A stretch of DNA of 64,000 nt, taken from Eledone cirrhosa. Taxonomy: Eukaryota. The translations under genes were made by a program, and so were the position numbers. Under the pieces are notes generated by a model, which was given only the letters and a program-made list of their open reading frames with translations, ran no database searches and was not told the origin of the DNA. Positions 36,605 to 48,844 of the stretch are shown one piece after another. Every line of letters starts with the position of its first letter. Within the stretch, counting starts at the first letter, position 1. The stretch is taken from assembly GCA_964016885.1 (NCBI GenBank), contig OZ024764.1:21638001-21702000 (forward strand), given 5' to 3'.

Positions 36605-37009
36605 TTTGTTACTAAATACTAGATATTAGAGGGTTATGTTGTTCTAGATGTGCTGGAAGAGCCATTCCATCTTGTGAGGTTCACACCAGCAGCTAGCCAC
36701 CTCAGCACCTATGGTGGTATATTTATTATATTATTTATTCTTTATCATTAACATTAATATAAAAGATAATTATATATTTTTAGAGAAGAACCTCTAATTT
36801 CATATAGCTTAGGGCTTCAGTAGGTAAAAGTTTGGCCCTGCTTGTCTTGTATTTTTTAGGGGAGAAGTTAGGGAATACTGTTATTGTGTGAAAGTTTTCT
36901 AAATCATCTGCAGCCACTAACATGGAGAAGATATTTCAGTAAGAAGGTTCACATCCTGACATCTATAGCTGTTAACAATGAGATTGGAATTCATTATTAA
37001 ACAAATGTT

Positions 37010-37925
37010 ATATCATCATCACTGTTTAACATCAGTTTTTTCACGCTGGCATGGTTTAGACGAGTTATCCTGTTGTAAGCAAAGCCAGGTCAGGTGATCA
37101 CGTGTTGCTCCTACAGAACAAATTTTGGTTTGGTTTCTGCAGCTGGATGCCCTTCCTAGCACCAACCTTATTTACATTGAGTACTGGGTGCATTTTACCA
37201 TCTCACCATCACGACCTCTTTACAGTGTGGGCTGGGTGCTTTTTGTTGTGACACCTATATGACCACTTTACAGTGTGGGCTGGGTGCTTTTTGTTGTGAC
37301 AGCTACATGACCACTTTACAGTGTGCATTGGTTACTTTTTGTTGTGACACCAACATGACCACTTTATAGTGTGGACTGGGTACTTTTTGTTGTGACACCA
37401 ACATGACCATTTTAAAGTTTTGGCTGGGTACTTTTTGTTGTCACCTACATGACCACTTTACAGTGTGGGCTGGGTGCTTTTTGCCGTGACACCTATGCAA
37501 CCGCTTTACAGCGTGGGCTAGTTTCTTTTTGTCATGTCACCTACATGACCAGTTTATAGTATTGGCTGTGTGTTCTTTACAGTGTGGGCTGGTTTCTTTT
37601 TGTTATATCACCTACATGACCACCTTATAGTGTTGGCGGTGTGTTCTTTGCAGTGTGGGCTGGTTTCTTTTTTTCATGTCACCTACATGACCAGTTTATA
37701 GTATTGGCTGTGTGTTCTTTACAGTGTGGGCTGGTTTCTTTTTGTCATATCACCTACATGACCACCTTATAATTTTGACTGTGTGTTCTTTGCAGTGTGG
37801 GCTGGTTTCTTTTTGTCATATCACCTACATGACCACCTTATAATGTTGACTGTGTGTTCTTTACAGTGTGGGTTGGGTGCTTTTTGTCATATCTCCTACC
37901 CAACCACTTTGCAGTGTGGGCAGTG
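37010..37925 (-). repeat. RTE tail with 48-bp minisatellite
   Basis: Paralog of 21860-22810. Confidence 0.85.
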
Positions 37926-38029
37926 AAATATCAGTAATGCACCAGCTCCAATATTCAGTAATCAGAAGAAGGGAGGTAGGCATAAAAGCCAAACTTGCTG
38001 TCTTCAATTAGGTTTTTGTGCCAACCCTT

Positions 38030-39360
38030 TGGATATTTACAAAGGAGTTTTCAAAATATTTGGATATTGACGAAGATCACATTTGGTAAAATTATGAACA
38101 ATAGAAATATTTACATCAACATAGGAATATTTTCCAGAAGAGATGGGAAAATCATTATACCACTGTAATATTTGTGGTAAAGTATTCTCTCTTTATATGT
38201 AGAACATCTAACTAAACACTTTAACTAACAAACTATTGTGCTATAGAATTGACAAACTTGAACAATGTTTAATAAATGTTACAGATTTCTCCAAACTGTC
38301 GTTTACTAACTTTAATTAGAAGCTATATTATCTATATACTACTAAAACTCTGTGATTGTGTCTTGTCCGTAATTTAATACAGCTAAAACAGTGCATAATG
38401 GGGAAATACTTTGAAAAGAATAAAACAAGATTTGTATAAATTGGAGCACAGGTTCCCAAGATACGGGGTTTTCTGGGTACCTTCATAAATATAGGGAGAG
38501 AGCGAGACAGTGGTGGTGAGAGAGTGGGAGCTGGTGGTGTTGTTTAATAAATTGTGTGTGTGTGTGTATATATATATATACGTTTATTGTGTGAAAGTTT
38601 TCTAAATCTTCTTCAACCACTAACATGGAGAAGATATTTCAGTAAAAAGGTTCACATCCTGACATCTATAGCTGTTAACAATGAGATTGGAATTCATTAT
38701 TAAACAAATGTTATATCATCATCACTGTTTTACATCAGTTTTTCCACGCTGGCATGGGTTAGACGAGTTATCCTGTTGTAAGCAATGCCAGGTCAGGTGA
38801 CCACGTCTGGCTCCTACAGAACCAATTTTGATTTTGTTTCTACAGCTGGATGCCCTTCCTAGCACCAACCTTATTTACATTGAGTACTGGGTGATTTTTA
38901 CTATCTAACCAACTCGACCACTTCACAGTGTGGGCTGGGTACTTTTTTACTTTTTGTCATGGCACCTACATGACCACTTTACAGTGAGTACTGGGTACTT
39001 TTTATCGTGACACCTACAGTACCACTTTACAGTGAGTACTGGGTACTTTTTATCGTGACACCTACAGTACCACTTTACAGTGAGTACTGGGTACTTTTTA
39101 TCGTGACACCTACAGTACCGCTTTACAGGGTGGACTGGGTACTTTTTGCCATGACACCAATGTGACCACTTTACAGGGTGGATTGGGTACTTTTTGTCGT
39201 GACACCTACATGACCACTTTACAATGTGGAATGGGTACTTTTTGTTGTGACACCTACATGACCACTTTACAGTGTGGATTGGGTACTTTTTGTCATGACA
39301 CCTACACAACCTCTTTACAGTGTTGGCAGTGAAATCTAATGCACCGGCTTCAGTAATCAG
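38030..39360 (+). repeat. Local tandem duplicate: relic ZNF exon, truncated Helitron, 48-bp minisatellite
   Basis: Repeats 35938-37960 with deletions; junction gtgccaacccttt|ggatatttac. Confidence 0.85.
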
Positions 39361-39406
39361 AATATACATATACACACACACAAACACAAATATATATATA
39401 TATATT

Positions 39407-41477
39407 CAGTGGTACCTTGACTTACAAGTGTCCCAACTAATAAGTTTTTCAAGATACGAGCCCTCTCTCGGCTGATTTTTTTGCGTTGAGTTCCAGAGTA
39501 AAATTCAGGTTACGAGTCAGCTTCAGATGCCCCGCCACTAGTTGGCATAGTGACCGCCACAGGCAATACCGTAACACCCGCCCGGCATCCCATGGCTTCG
39601 AAGAAAGTGAGGGCGAAGGACAGTTCTGAGAAGAAGAAGCAGATGATGTGTATTGAATTAAAGAAAGAAATTATAGAAAAACATGACCAAGGTGTGTGTA
39701 GTGGACTTGGTGAAGTAGTACGAGCGTAGCACTTCTATGATATGTACCATACTGAAGTAGAAGGACTTGATAAAGGCTATAACCCCAGCTAAGTGTGGTA
39801 AAATAATTTCTACACAGCGGACATCTATCCATGAAAATATGGAAAAGCTGCTGATGGTGTGGTTGACGGAGAAGCAGCTCGCAAGAGATACCGTGATGAA
39901 GATTATAATATGTGAGAAGGCACGAGCTATTTACGCTGATTTGCTGCAGCAGACCCCAGGTACTTCTACGGACGAGCCATCGGCAAGCCCTTTAATGCCA
40001 GTCGGGGTTGGTTTGAGAATTTTAAAAAGAGGACCGGCATTCACTCAGTTGTCAGGCATGGTGAGGCAGCGAGCGCGGATATGAAGGCAGCTGAGGATTA
40101 CCTCAAAACCTTTGCCGGAATTATAGCAGCCAAAGGATACATCCCTCAGCAAGTCTTTAACTGTGATGAAACAGGACTTTTTGGGAAGAAGATGCCAAGG
40201 AGGACTTATATAACGGCAGAGGAGAAGAGGATGCCTGGCCACAAACCCATGAAGGATAGGCTAACCCTCGCACTGTGTGCCACTGAGCGGTGACTGTAAG
40301 ATTAAGTTGCCGCTCGTTTATCATTCAGAAATCTCCAGAACCTTTAAGTCACATAAGATTCTGAAAGAAAAACTGCAGGTTATGTGGAGGGCAAACCCGA
40401 GGTCATGGGTCACCAGGTAGTTCTTTGTGGAGTGGGTGAATTTGGTCTTTGGTCCTGACGTTAAAAAATATCTCCATGAAAATAACCTACCCCTGTAAAC
40501 CCTTCTTGTCCTACATAATGCACCTGCTCACCAACCCACCCTCGAAGAGTTCAAGTTTATAAAGGTCCTCTACCTTCCACCAAACACCACCCCTATCCTA
40601 CAGCCCAAGGACCAGCAGGTACCTTCTAATTTCAAGAAGCTCTTCACCAAGCACCTGTTCAGTCGCTGCTTTGAAGTGACGGAGAGCACAAACTTCACCC
40701 TTGAGAGGTCTGGAAGGACCATTATAACATCGTGATATGCCTAAGAATTATCGATATGACATGGTAGGGTCTTACAAAGAGGACCTTGACCTCTACATGG
40801 AAGAAGCTGTGGCCTGAAGTTGTGTCTAAAACGGACTTTGAAAGACTCGAACCCGAAGCGGCAGTGGTGGAGGAGATTGTACCCCTCGGTAAGTCCATGG
40901 GCCTGGGCATGGATGAAGGTGACATCAACGAGCTCATCGAGGAGCACCCCGAGGAAATGACAACGAAGGAATTAAAGGAGCTACAGACACAGCAATACAC
41001 GGAGTTTTTGCAGGAAATAGGTGACACAGAGGAGGTGATCTCAACAAGTGAGATGAAACAAACCTTATTAGACAGGTTTTTATCGAAAATCCCTGCAGAT
41101 AAAAGTGAGGAAAGCGTGGCGAAAAGAGCAAAAATCAGCGAATAAGATTCAGTTATTCAGTTCATCCTTTCTCCTCCGTCAACATCCTCAAGTCGTCTGA
41201 TCTCCAAGATAGATGCTGTACATTCTACTTAATAAAACTAGTTTATTGTAGTACATTCTATTGTATTGTTTTTTATATACAATATTTGTTATTTATAAGT
41301 ACATTTTTCTTATTTAAAAACACGTAACAAAACAAACTGTGGTTTTTTGGGGGTCTGGAACGGATTAACGGCATTTTATTTTATTTCAGTGGGGAAAATT
41401 GATTTGACATACGAGTAATTTAAGTTACGAGGTCCTCCACGGAACAAATTAAACTCGTAAGTGAAGGTATCACAGTG
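39407..41477 (+). mobile_element. Tigger/pogo DNA transposon with both ends; transposase pseudogene ~39592-41145
   Basis: TIRs cagtggtaccttgacttacaagt / actcgtaagtgaaggtatcac in TA-rich flanks. CENP-B HTH and DDE_1 motifs with stops. Confidence 0.92.
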
Positions 41478-41735
41478 TGTGTGTATATATATATATATGA
41501 AGGAACGATCGACTTTCGTCAAATCGGACCGAGGAAGCAATGTTTCCATTGGTCTTTGCAATTGCTAGTACTATCGGTCGCAACTCCAGGTAGAAGGAAC
41601 AACGTGAAATAAAGTGTCTTGCTCAAGGTCATAACGCATCGCCTGGTCCAGGAATCGAACTCACAACCTCAAGATATATATATATAAATGAAGAATATAG
41701 AAATTATTGTAGCAAAAAGCCAACAGTATTCCATT

Positions 41736-41809
41736 TCATTTCATTTCATTTGAGTTTGAGTCCATGCTCAGGCCAAGTCGAAGACTCCACCCTCAATCGA
41801 AGACTCCAC
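41736..41809 (-). mobile_element. 74-bp insertion, probable truncated retroposon tail
   Basis: Absent at ~1610. Flanked by CCATT direct repeat. Minus strand ends (TGAAA)n. Confidence 0.55.
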
Positions 41810-43299
41810 CCATTATATATATATATATATAGTATAAAAGAGAAAACACAGGTAAGCATTAAGAGAAGGATTTTATCCAGGTATTTACGACCGTTTCATT
41901 GGTAAGTGCAACCATATATTTCTATCCTGCAAATAGCAGCCACTCAATTATAATTGTTGTTCTGTTCACAGTCCAAATTTTCAAAATAATAAGTTACTCT
42001 TGAAATAATTCTTAATATATAGAGAAAAACATTTATTTGGAATTGTATTTACTAGTATAGAGAGAGAGGAATCAGAAGGTGAGGGGACAGACGGAATAGT
42101 ATAGAGAGAGAGGAAGGGGGAAGAGGTAGGAAGTAGAGTGACAAACTGAGATGGAGGGAGGGGTAGAGGTGGCAGGATTCTTTGGTCAGTTTTGACAGCA
42201 GACTTCATGTCGTGGAATGTAGTGAGTTAAAGAGAATTAAATTGATCATTTTTGGAGGGATGGATATATATATATATAGTTAAATATTAGACAGGAACAA
42301 AAAACAGGCAGTGCAAATGGTAGTTTATACCGAGAGAGAGACAGACAAACACATCTATACCCCTATTACAGTAAAACAAAACATATGTAAGGGGAGACAA
42401 CTCTCGTTACATCCCCCCTTCTTTTTGATATACGTCCTTTACATACTTTGTTCAATGGAATCTGCTTTATTTTGTGTCCTAAGTAGATTTCTGTTTAATT
42501 ATTTACGAGATTCACAATGATTCACGTAACCAAGTTACTTACATAGAGATATATTTCACATAGAATCACAACAAATGAAAATATTAAGTCAACACTCTGT
42601 CAATCAGTCTCACATCACATGGGGTGCTGGAGTCTCCCTCTAATACTTTCTGAGATAGTCTTACCTCGAGTGATAGCAAGGCTAAGATGTTGGAACTACC
42701 AAACAGCCTCATATGTATCACCTGACACCTCGGTAAGGAGAGCTGCCAACGATAACAAGAACCTCGTTGTCAGGGACCTATCTCCTCCAAACTTCTCCAA
42801 CACCACAGACTAGAATATTCTACTCTTTATTCCCTATCAAATATATTTCAGTCTAGTCATTTGTCTTGTATCTTGTATATATATTTTCAAAACTAACTGT
42901 CACATTTGTAAGACCCCAGTTAGTGATGTTTTTCTCTCCCTCCCACATGCTACATGCTGTAGTAAAAGTGAGGGTCACTGCTTCTGTAGACGAACGAAAT
43001 AAAAGCTAAACTACCAGTAATTATCGGCAAAGTATTTATTCCAGTCTGTGATGTTTGAGAAGCTGGGCTGCTGACAACGAAGTTGTTGTCACTGTTGGCG
43101 GCTGGCTTTACCGAAGTACCCGATGACTCTTGTGAGGGTACTTAGCTGTTCTGGCGGTTTAGCCTCCATATGACCCGATCTTACCGAGATACCCGGTGAT
43201 CTCTGTCAGAGTACTTAGCTGTTCTATTTTAATTACATTTACTGATTTCAACTTTCATTTTCTTTATTACAAACTTTACATAATTTAATTCGGTAAAAA

Positions 43300-43449
43300 T
43301 ATTTTACGTCACAAAAAAACTTGACCTTTGACATTGAAGCATGCGCAGTGGTGCAGTTGTCGACTTCCTGTCCACGTGTCAGTCTTCCTACAACATCATT
43401 AAGAAAACATTTGCTGTAAATACTAAACACCTGAGACTATAATGTAAGT
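43300..43449 (+). promoter_or_regulatory. Putative intact ZNF promoter, non-coding exon 1 and splice donor
   Basis: TTACGTCA 43304, TGACCTTTGA 43322, GCATGCGCA 43339, ACTTCCTGT 43363, CACGTG 43373, donor GTAAGT 43444. Confidence 0.6.
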
Positions 43450-44384
43450 ATTATGTCTATTAATATTGTAGATTTAAGCTCACTTTTCACATCACAAATA
43501 TATATTTTCTTGTTTGTTTCATTCCTGGAAATATAAAATGTTATCGTAATTATCTATATTTTACCTACCTCTAATTAATTAAAGTGAAAACTTTTGTTGT
43601 TGCTGAAAAATAATTTAACAAAACTAAATATTTAAATATTCTAAAGGTCGTTTTTATATTATGTGATGATATAATTAATATATTTTATTACAATTGTATA
43701 AATTTACAGTAGAATAACGTTGTAAATATGTTTTAAATATATACATAAATAACATAAGTGTGTAAATAACATTATAAATTGCTGGCAATTCCTTGAGAAA
43801 GACATTACAAATATATTGTCTAAACTGTGTATAATAATATAATTTATTGAACAATAATGATAAAGGAAAGAAAAACACAGTGGGAGATGGCAATTGACCA
43901 CCAAACGAGGTAAACATTTTCAACTTTCCCCCTTTTTTTGCTTTGTCCGAGACAACTCAAAATATTCTTCAAGGAACTGGATTTTCCATTCGGTTGGATC
44001 GAACGGATTTTACCATTTATAATCTACGGAGAGGAATAACAGATGTTCGGAGGAAAAAAGAATTGTTTGTGGCAACAACGTAGGGAACCAACCTGGAGCA
44101 ATTGTATCACACAGTTATACTTTCCTCCTTAACATACACTTACAATTTTTCAAAATCAAACCCCCCAAATATAAAATATAAATAATTATAAATGGCGAGG
44201 AACCATCCCATCTCCCTCTTGAAATAACCTGAATCTATTTATAGTCAGGTGTGACTGAAAGGTCAATCCATACTTCCATTCTATTTCACAGAATTAGAAG
44301 CTTTGACCACTTGATAGAATTCAGGTCCAGTAATGTAATCACTCCGTAATTGTAAACATCTTGTATCACTATCATTCAGGTTTT

Positions 44385-47300
44385 GATTTTACTCAAGTCT
44401 TGCCCATGTTTTTTTTTTTTTTTCTTTTTTACACAAACTCACAATTTCGGTTTTTACTGCGGATTTACCCATGCGAACTATTACACAAACTCACAGCCTT
44501 AGATTTTGTATTTCTAGCGTTTTTATTTTCCTTCTCTTTGCATGTTCAGTGCTCTTTCTCTCCCACTGTATTTATCTGCCTCCCACATGACCACACTCCT
44601 CTCCACGCACTCACCATCTTCTCACTCCTTCTACACCTTCCATCCCTCCCCTTGCTCAACCCTTACTTCCTCCTCGCGCACAGCCCACCTAGGTATTCGT
44701 TCAACCCGCTGGTGGCCCGATGTTTCGACCGAACTATTACCGGCGATTGCCGATTGCTAAAGTTGCCACCACTTTAACCTTGTCCACTCTAGGTGGCGGT
44801 GGCATGCGTCGAACTACCAAGAGACCTGCTTGGTGGAACGACTATGTGACAACCGGTCAGCCTTCGACCTCTCATTCTCCACCAACTGCAGCACGCACGA
44901 GAGGAGCTAACTTGACCCCACCTACCCCTCTTCTCCTTCACGGCAGATTCCGAACGAATCCAACCCGGCCAACCACACCACCCCTACAACTGTTAGCTCA
45001 CCACCCAACCCCCGCTTTAGTCCCACCGTTAGAACCACTGCTGTCTCCTTTACTGACTCACTCCCTTCATCGAATTCCAACGCTGGCCCTCTACTGCCGG
45101 CTGTTGCCAGCCCACCACCTGATTGCGCCCTCTGTGCCTGCACTAACCAGTACTTAAAGACAATTAAATGTCACCTATGCCACGCAAGCTACCACAGAAG
45201 CTGTGTCGGCATCACCAAAGCTCAAGCCGAAAGGCTCCAACACTGGACCTGTCATCGGTGCCACTTCAGCTCCGACTATTCCGTGGGGATGACCAACACT
45301 CTACCGACGACTTTGCCACAACCCCTAGGGCTTCTCCAAATCAAAGCTCGTTAACCGGACCCTTAAGGGAGCTCGGAACAGCTTTGCAGGTGCCCTCTCT
45401 AATTTACTGAAAAACGTTTGCTCGTCCAACAATAGTCTGGCAGAAATTGTTTTTGTTTCCCCTCATCTCTCTTCACGTGCACAATGCGAACTCGGGTTCC
45501 CTCAAGTCCTCTCTCAAGCGGCAGTTCCAGCTGTTTGAGTCCACCCCAACCACGTCTCATCTCAGTTCGTCTCCGAGCTCGGTGTCCACCAACAGACAAC
45601 CGGTAGACCTCAAGCGAGCCGTCAATGCCAAATTCAGCGAATTTGACATTAAAGGGGCTGTCCTCCCTTGCTCCATGCAACTCTGACTCTCGTGAGTGTC
45701 TGAAAGAGAAGCACCCCCCAGATGATCAGCAACACTGGCCCGAACCACCAGAATACTTTAGACCGGTTTACACCACCGATATCATCAGAAAGGCGATTTC
45801 ATCCTTCCCCGCTGGGTCAGGCGCGGGAATTGACGTCCTTCGTCCTCAACACCTCAAGGATGGTATCTCCTTATCGGCCGGTGATGCCGGACTCGAGCTC
45901 TTGGAGAGTCTGACTCAGTTTGTGAATCAGTGAACGTTCTCCCGTTCATCCGCCCACTGTTCTTCGGTGCGAAGCTATTTGGTCTAACCAAGCCCAACGG
46001 GGACCTGCGCCGCATTGCGGTTGGCTGCACACCTCACTGCAAAGGCGTGATTGCTGTTGGTCTCCAACCCACTGGCGGAGGAATTTTCCCCCATCCAGCT
46101 GTGGGTGGGTACCAGGTTGGGATGTGTGGCTGCTGTCCACGCTGCCAGAACATTTGCCAACTTGCCCTCCTCATCCCCCAAGGTCATCCTCAAACTTGAC
46201 CTCAGGAATGCCTTCAACTCCGTCAGCCGTAACATCGTCCTCGGCTCAGTAAGAGAGAGGGTCCCACAACTCTACCACTTTGCTTGGCAGGCTTATCGGG
46301 AACCCTCCTACCTCTCTTTCAGTAACCAGATCATCACCTCTGCCTCAGGAGTCCAACAGGGTGACCCACTCGGGACCCCCCCCCCCCCCCCCCGCACTGG
46401 ACATTGATGACGTCACCAAGATGGGGGCTGAGTCGGACCTCAATGTCTGGTAGCTCGACGACGCCTGTTTGGGGGGAACTCCGGATATGGTTCTCGCCAC
46501 TGCCAACAGGATGGTGGAGGAGCTTGGCGCCGGGGTCTCCAGATCAATAGCTCCAAATGTGAGCTCTGGATCCTCAACCACCCGGCTTCTTAACACCAAC
46601 AGCTGATCGACCTGTTCGCAGAGTCCTTCCCTTCCATCACAGTCCCACCCCCGTCGGCTTGGTGCTCCTTAGGAGCCCCGATCACAGACCTGGCCTTCGA
46701 GTCAACCATCCAATCGAAGATGGTTGGCCTTGAGCAGCTGCTGAGGAATATTGAAGATATCGAACCCCTTCAAGGTTTCTTCTTACTCAGGAACTACCTG
46801 TCTATTCCTAAGCTTCTGTATCTGCTCAGGGTCAGCCCCTCTCACAGATTTCTATCCTGCCTCCAACGCTTCGACGACCTAATCTTCGAGAGACTCGAGT
46901 GTCTGGTCAATGTTAGTAAGTGTTCGTCCCTCTCTCTCCCCTGCTTCCTTTCCTCCACCCAAGCTTGCAGCATCCTCTCCTCTCCAACATGGACTAGTTC
47001 CAACAGGGAGTTTTGTGAAGCTCTCCAGCAATGGAGTGAGTTGGGCTTGTCTCTTCCTGAGAAGGTGGAGGACAGTCGAAGTCAGAGAACTTGGGACAGG
47101 ATACGTTGGAATGCCACCTTCGACTCCCTCTTCGTCCTCTCAGATCAGTCTGCAAGGTGCCGCTTACCATCTGCCAGCGCCAAATACTCCGGTGACTGGG
47201 TCTATGCCTTACCCGTGGCCAACGCTGGAGGCCTACTCAGCCTGGATGAACTTCGTGTCTCCATCACCCTCAGAGTGGGAGCTGACGTCTGCATGGGTTT

Positions 47301-47995
47301 GAGATGTGGCTAACTCCTCGACTCCACAGGCCTCCACGGTCTTTCTTGCCGCCTGAATGCCGGCCACTTTGCCCGTCACACGGAGCTAAACTTTATTCTG
47401 AAGAGAGCTTTGGCCCGGGCAAACATCCCCTCAGTCTTGGAACCATCTGGGTTGTCCAGAAGTGACGGCAAAGGACCTGACGGCCTTACCCTGTGCCCCT
47501 GGTCGAGAGGCAGGTGCCCAATCTGGGACATCACTGTTAGTGACTCCTTTGCTCTTTCCCACATCCTTGATGCTGCGGTAAGGACGAGAGCCACAGCTTC
47601 GGCAGCCGAGCGGAGTAAGACCCTCAAATACTCTGATCTGTCGGCCAGCTACATTTTTCAGTCTGTGGCTTTCGAGACGTTTGGGGGAGTCGGGCTGCTG
47701 ACTGCGAGGTTCCTTTCCTCACTGGCGGCTCGCCTTATAGAGGTAACTGGCGAAATCGCAAGGGCGCTTGGCTGTTCCAGCACTTCAGCCTCGCCATCAC
47801 CCGAGGTAACACTGCCAGTGTGCTGGCTTGCCTCGAAACTCATTAGAGAGGTTTCCCTGTACCCCTCGTTGCTGTCTTTTGCTCTGGTGTTGGCTCCGTT
47901 GTCCACCCCTTCCTTTACATTTTCTTTAATATTGCAACATTGAAGGAATTTATCTTTCATTGTATCATCCTTTATCTACAAATCTAGTCGTTTCC
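44385..47995 (+). mobile_element. CRE-clade non-LTR retrotransposon (PHD, RT, CCHC, restriction-like endonuclease), degenerate
   Basis: PHD 45124-45261. RT LDLRNAFNSV, GVQQGDPLG. HGLSC..RH..LN knuckle region. PDGLTLCPWSRG..WDITVSD and ETFGG. Boundaries approximate. Confidence 0.88.
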
Positions 47996-47999
47996 TGTT

Positions 48000-48638
48000 A
48001 CTTTGTTCCCTGGGGTATGCCTTAGTATTTGACACCATCTATCTGTCTTACTCCCTAACTAGCAAGAAGTCAATCTGCCTCATGTGCTCACCTGATTGGT
48101 AGGTTATTAGGTGGTTGGTAGGTTTCTTGAAGTGTTGCAAATGGTTAGTTCACTTGCATCACAAAATAAAAGATGCCTCACTCCTTCATCGTTTCTTGAG
48201 CCATAACCATGACCACCATGTACCCCAGTATATCCATCCTGGAGCTGTCCAACATGACCATTGAAGTCCCCTGCTATTATAACTAGGTCTCTGTCATTGT
48301 GGTTATCTCTACTTATTCCTTTTCTACATATGGAGCAGGGCCACTTTCCTGAAGGTGTCAGGGTCTTCTCTCCTATCCATTACCACTTTAGTTTTGGCTA
48401 AGTATATTCTCAGCACTTACCATTTCAAATTCTATATCTATAGTTGGTCATCTACATAGAGAAGTTTCCATAGACTGCCAGTCTTAAACCTCTCTGTTAT
48501 GGCTTGGAGAACTATGATGAACAACAGTGGGCTAAGAACTAAACCATGATGAACTCCTACCTGTACCTTCAATTCCTCACTAAACACACTTTACTGACAG
48601 CTTCTCACAAGCCATTCTTCTACACCTAATTTCTATAA
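48000..48638 (-). mobile_element. RTE remnants
   Basis: Paralog of 31440-32076. Confidence 0.8.
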
Positions 48639-48844
48639 CCCTTTAGTATATAAACTGGCCATATCTGGCCAGAATTCTCCCACATCTTTCTGTTCAAACT
48701 GGCCGTAACTGGTCACTTATACTTATGTTAAGGTATTGTTCTCAAAATAAATAACATGAAAATCTCAGATTTGACATCATGAGAGATAAAGCATTTACTG
48801 TGAAAATATAATAGTAAATATAGAGTAATGTGAATACTAAAGTG
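48639..48844. mobile_element. piggyBac-type MITE (paralog of 32077)
   Basis: Same TIRs; left TSD mutated to ATAA. Confidence 0.7.

Noticed and set aside
38947-39387. Cys/His-rich repeat protein (CRCHDKKYPVLTVKWY)n
   Set aside because: Translation of the 48-bp RTE-tail minisatellite.
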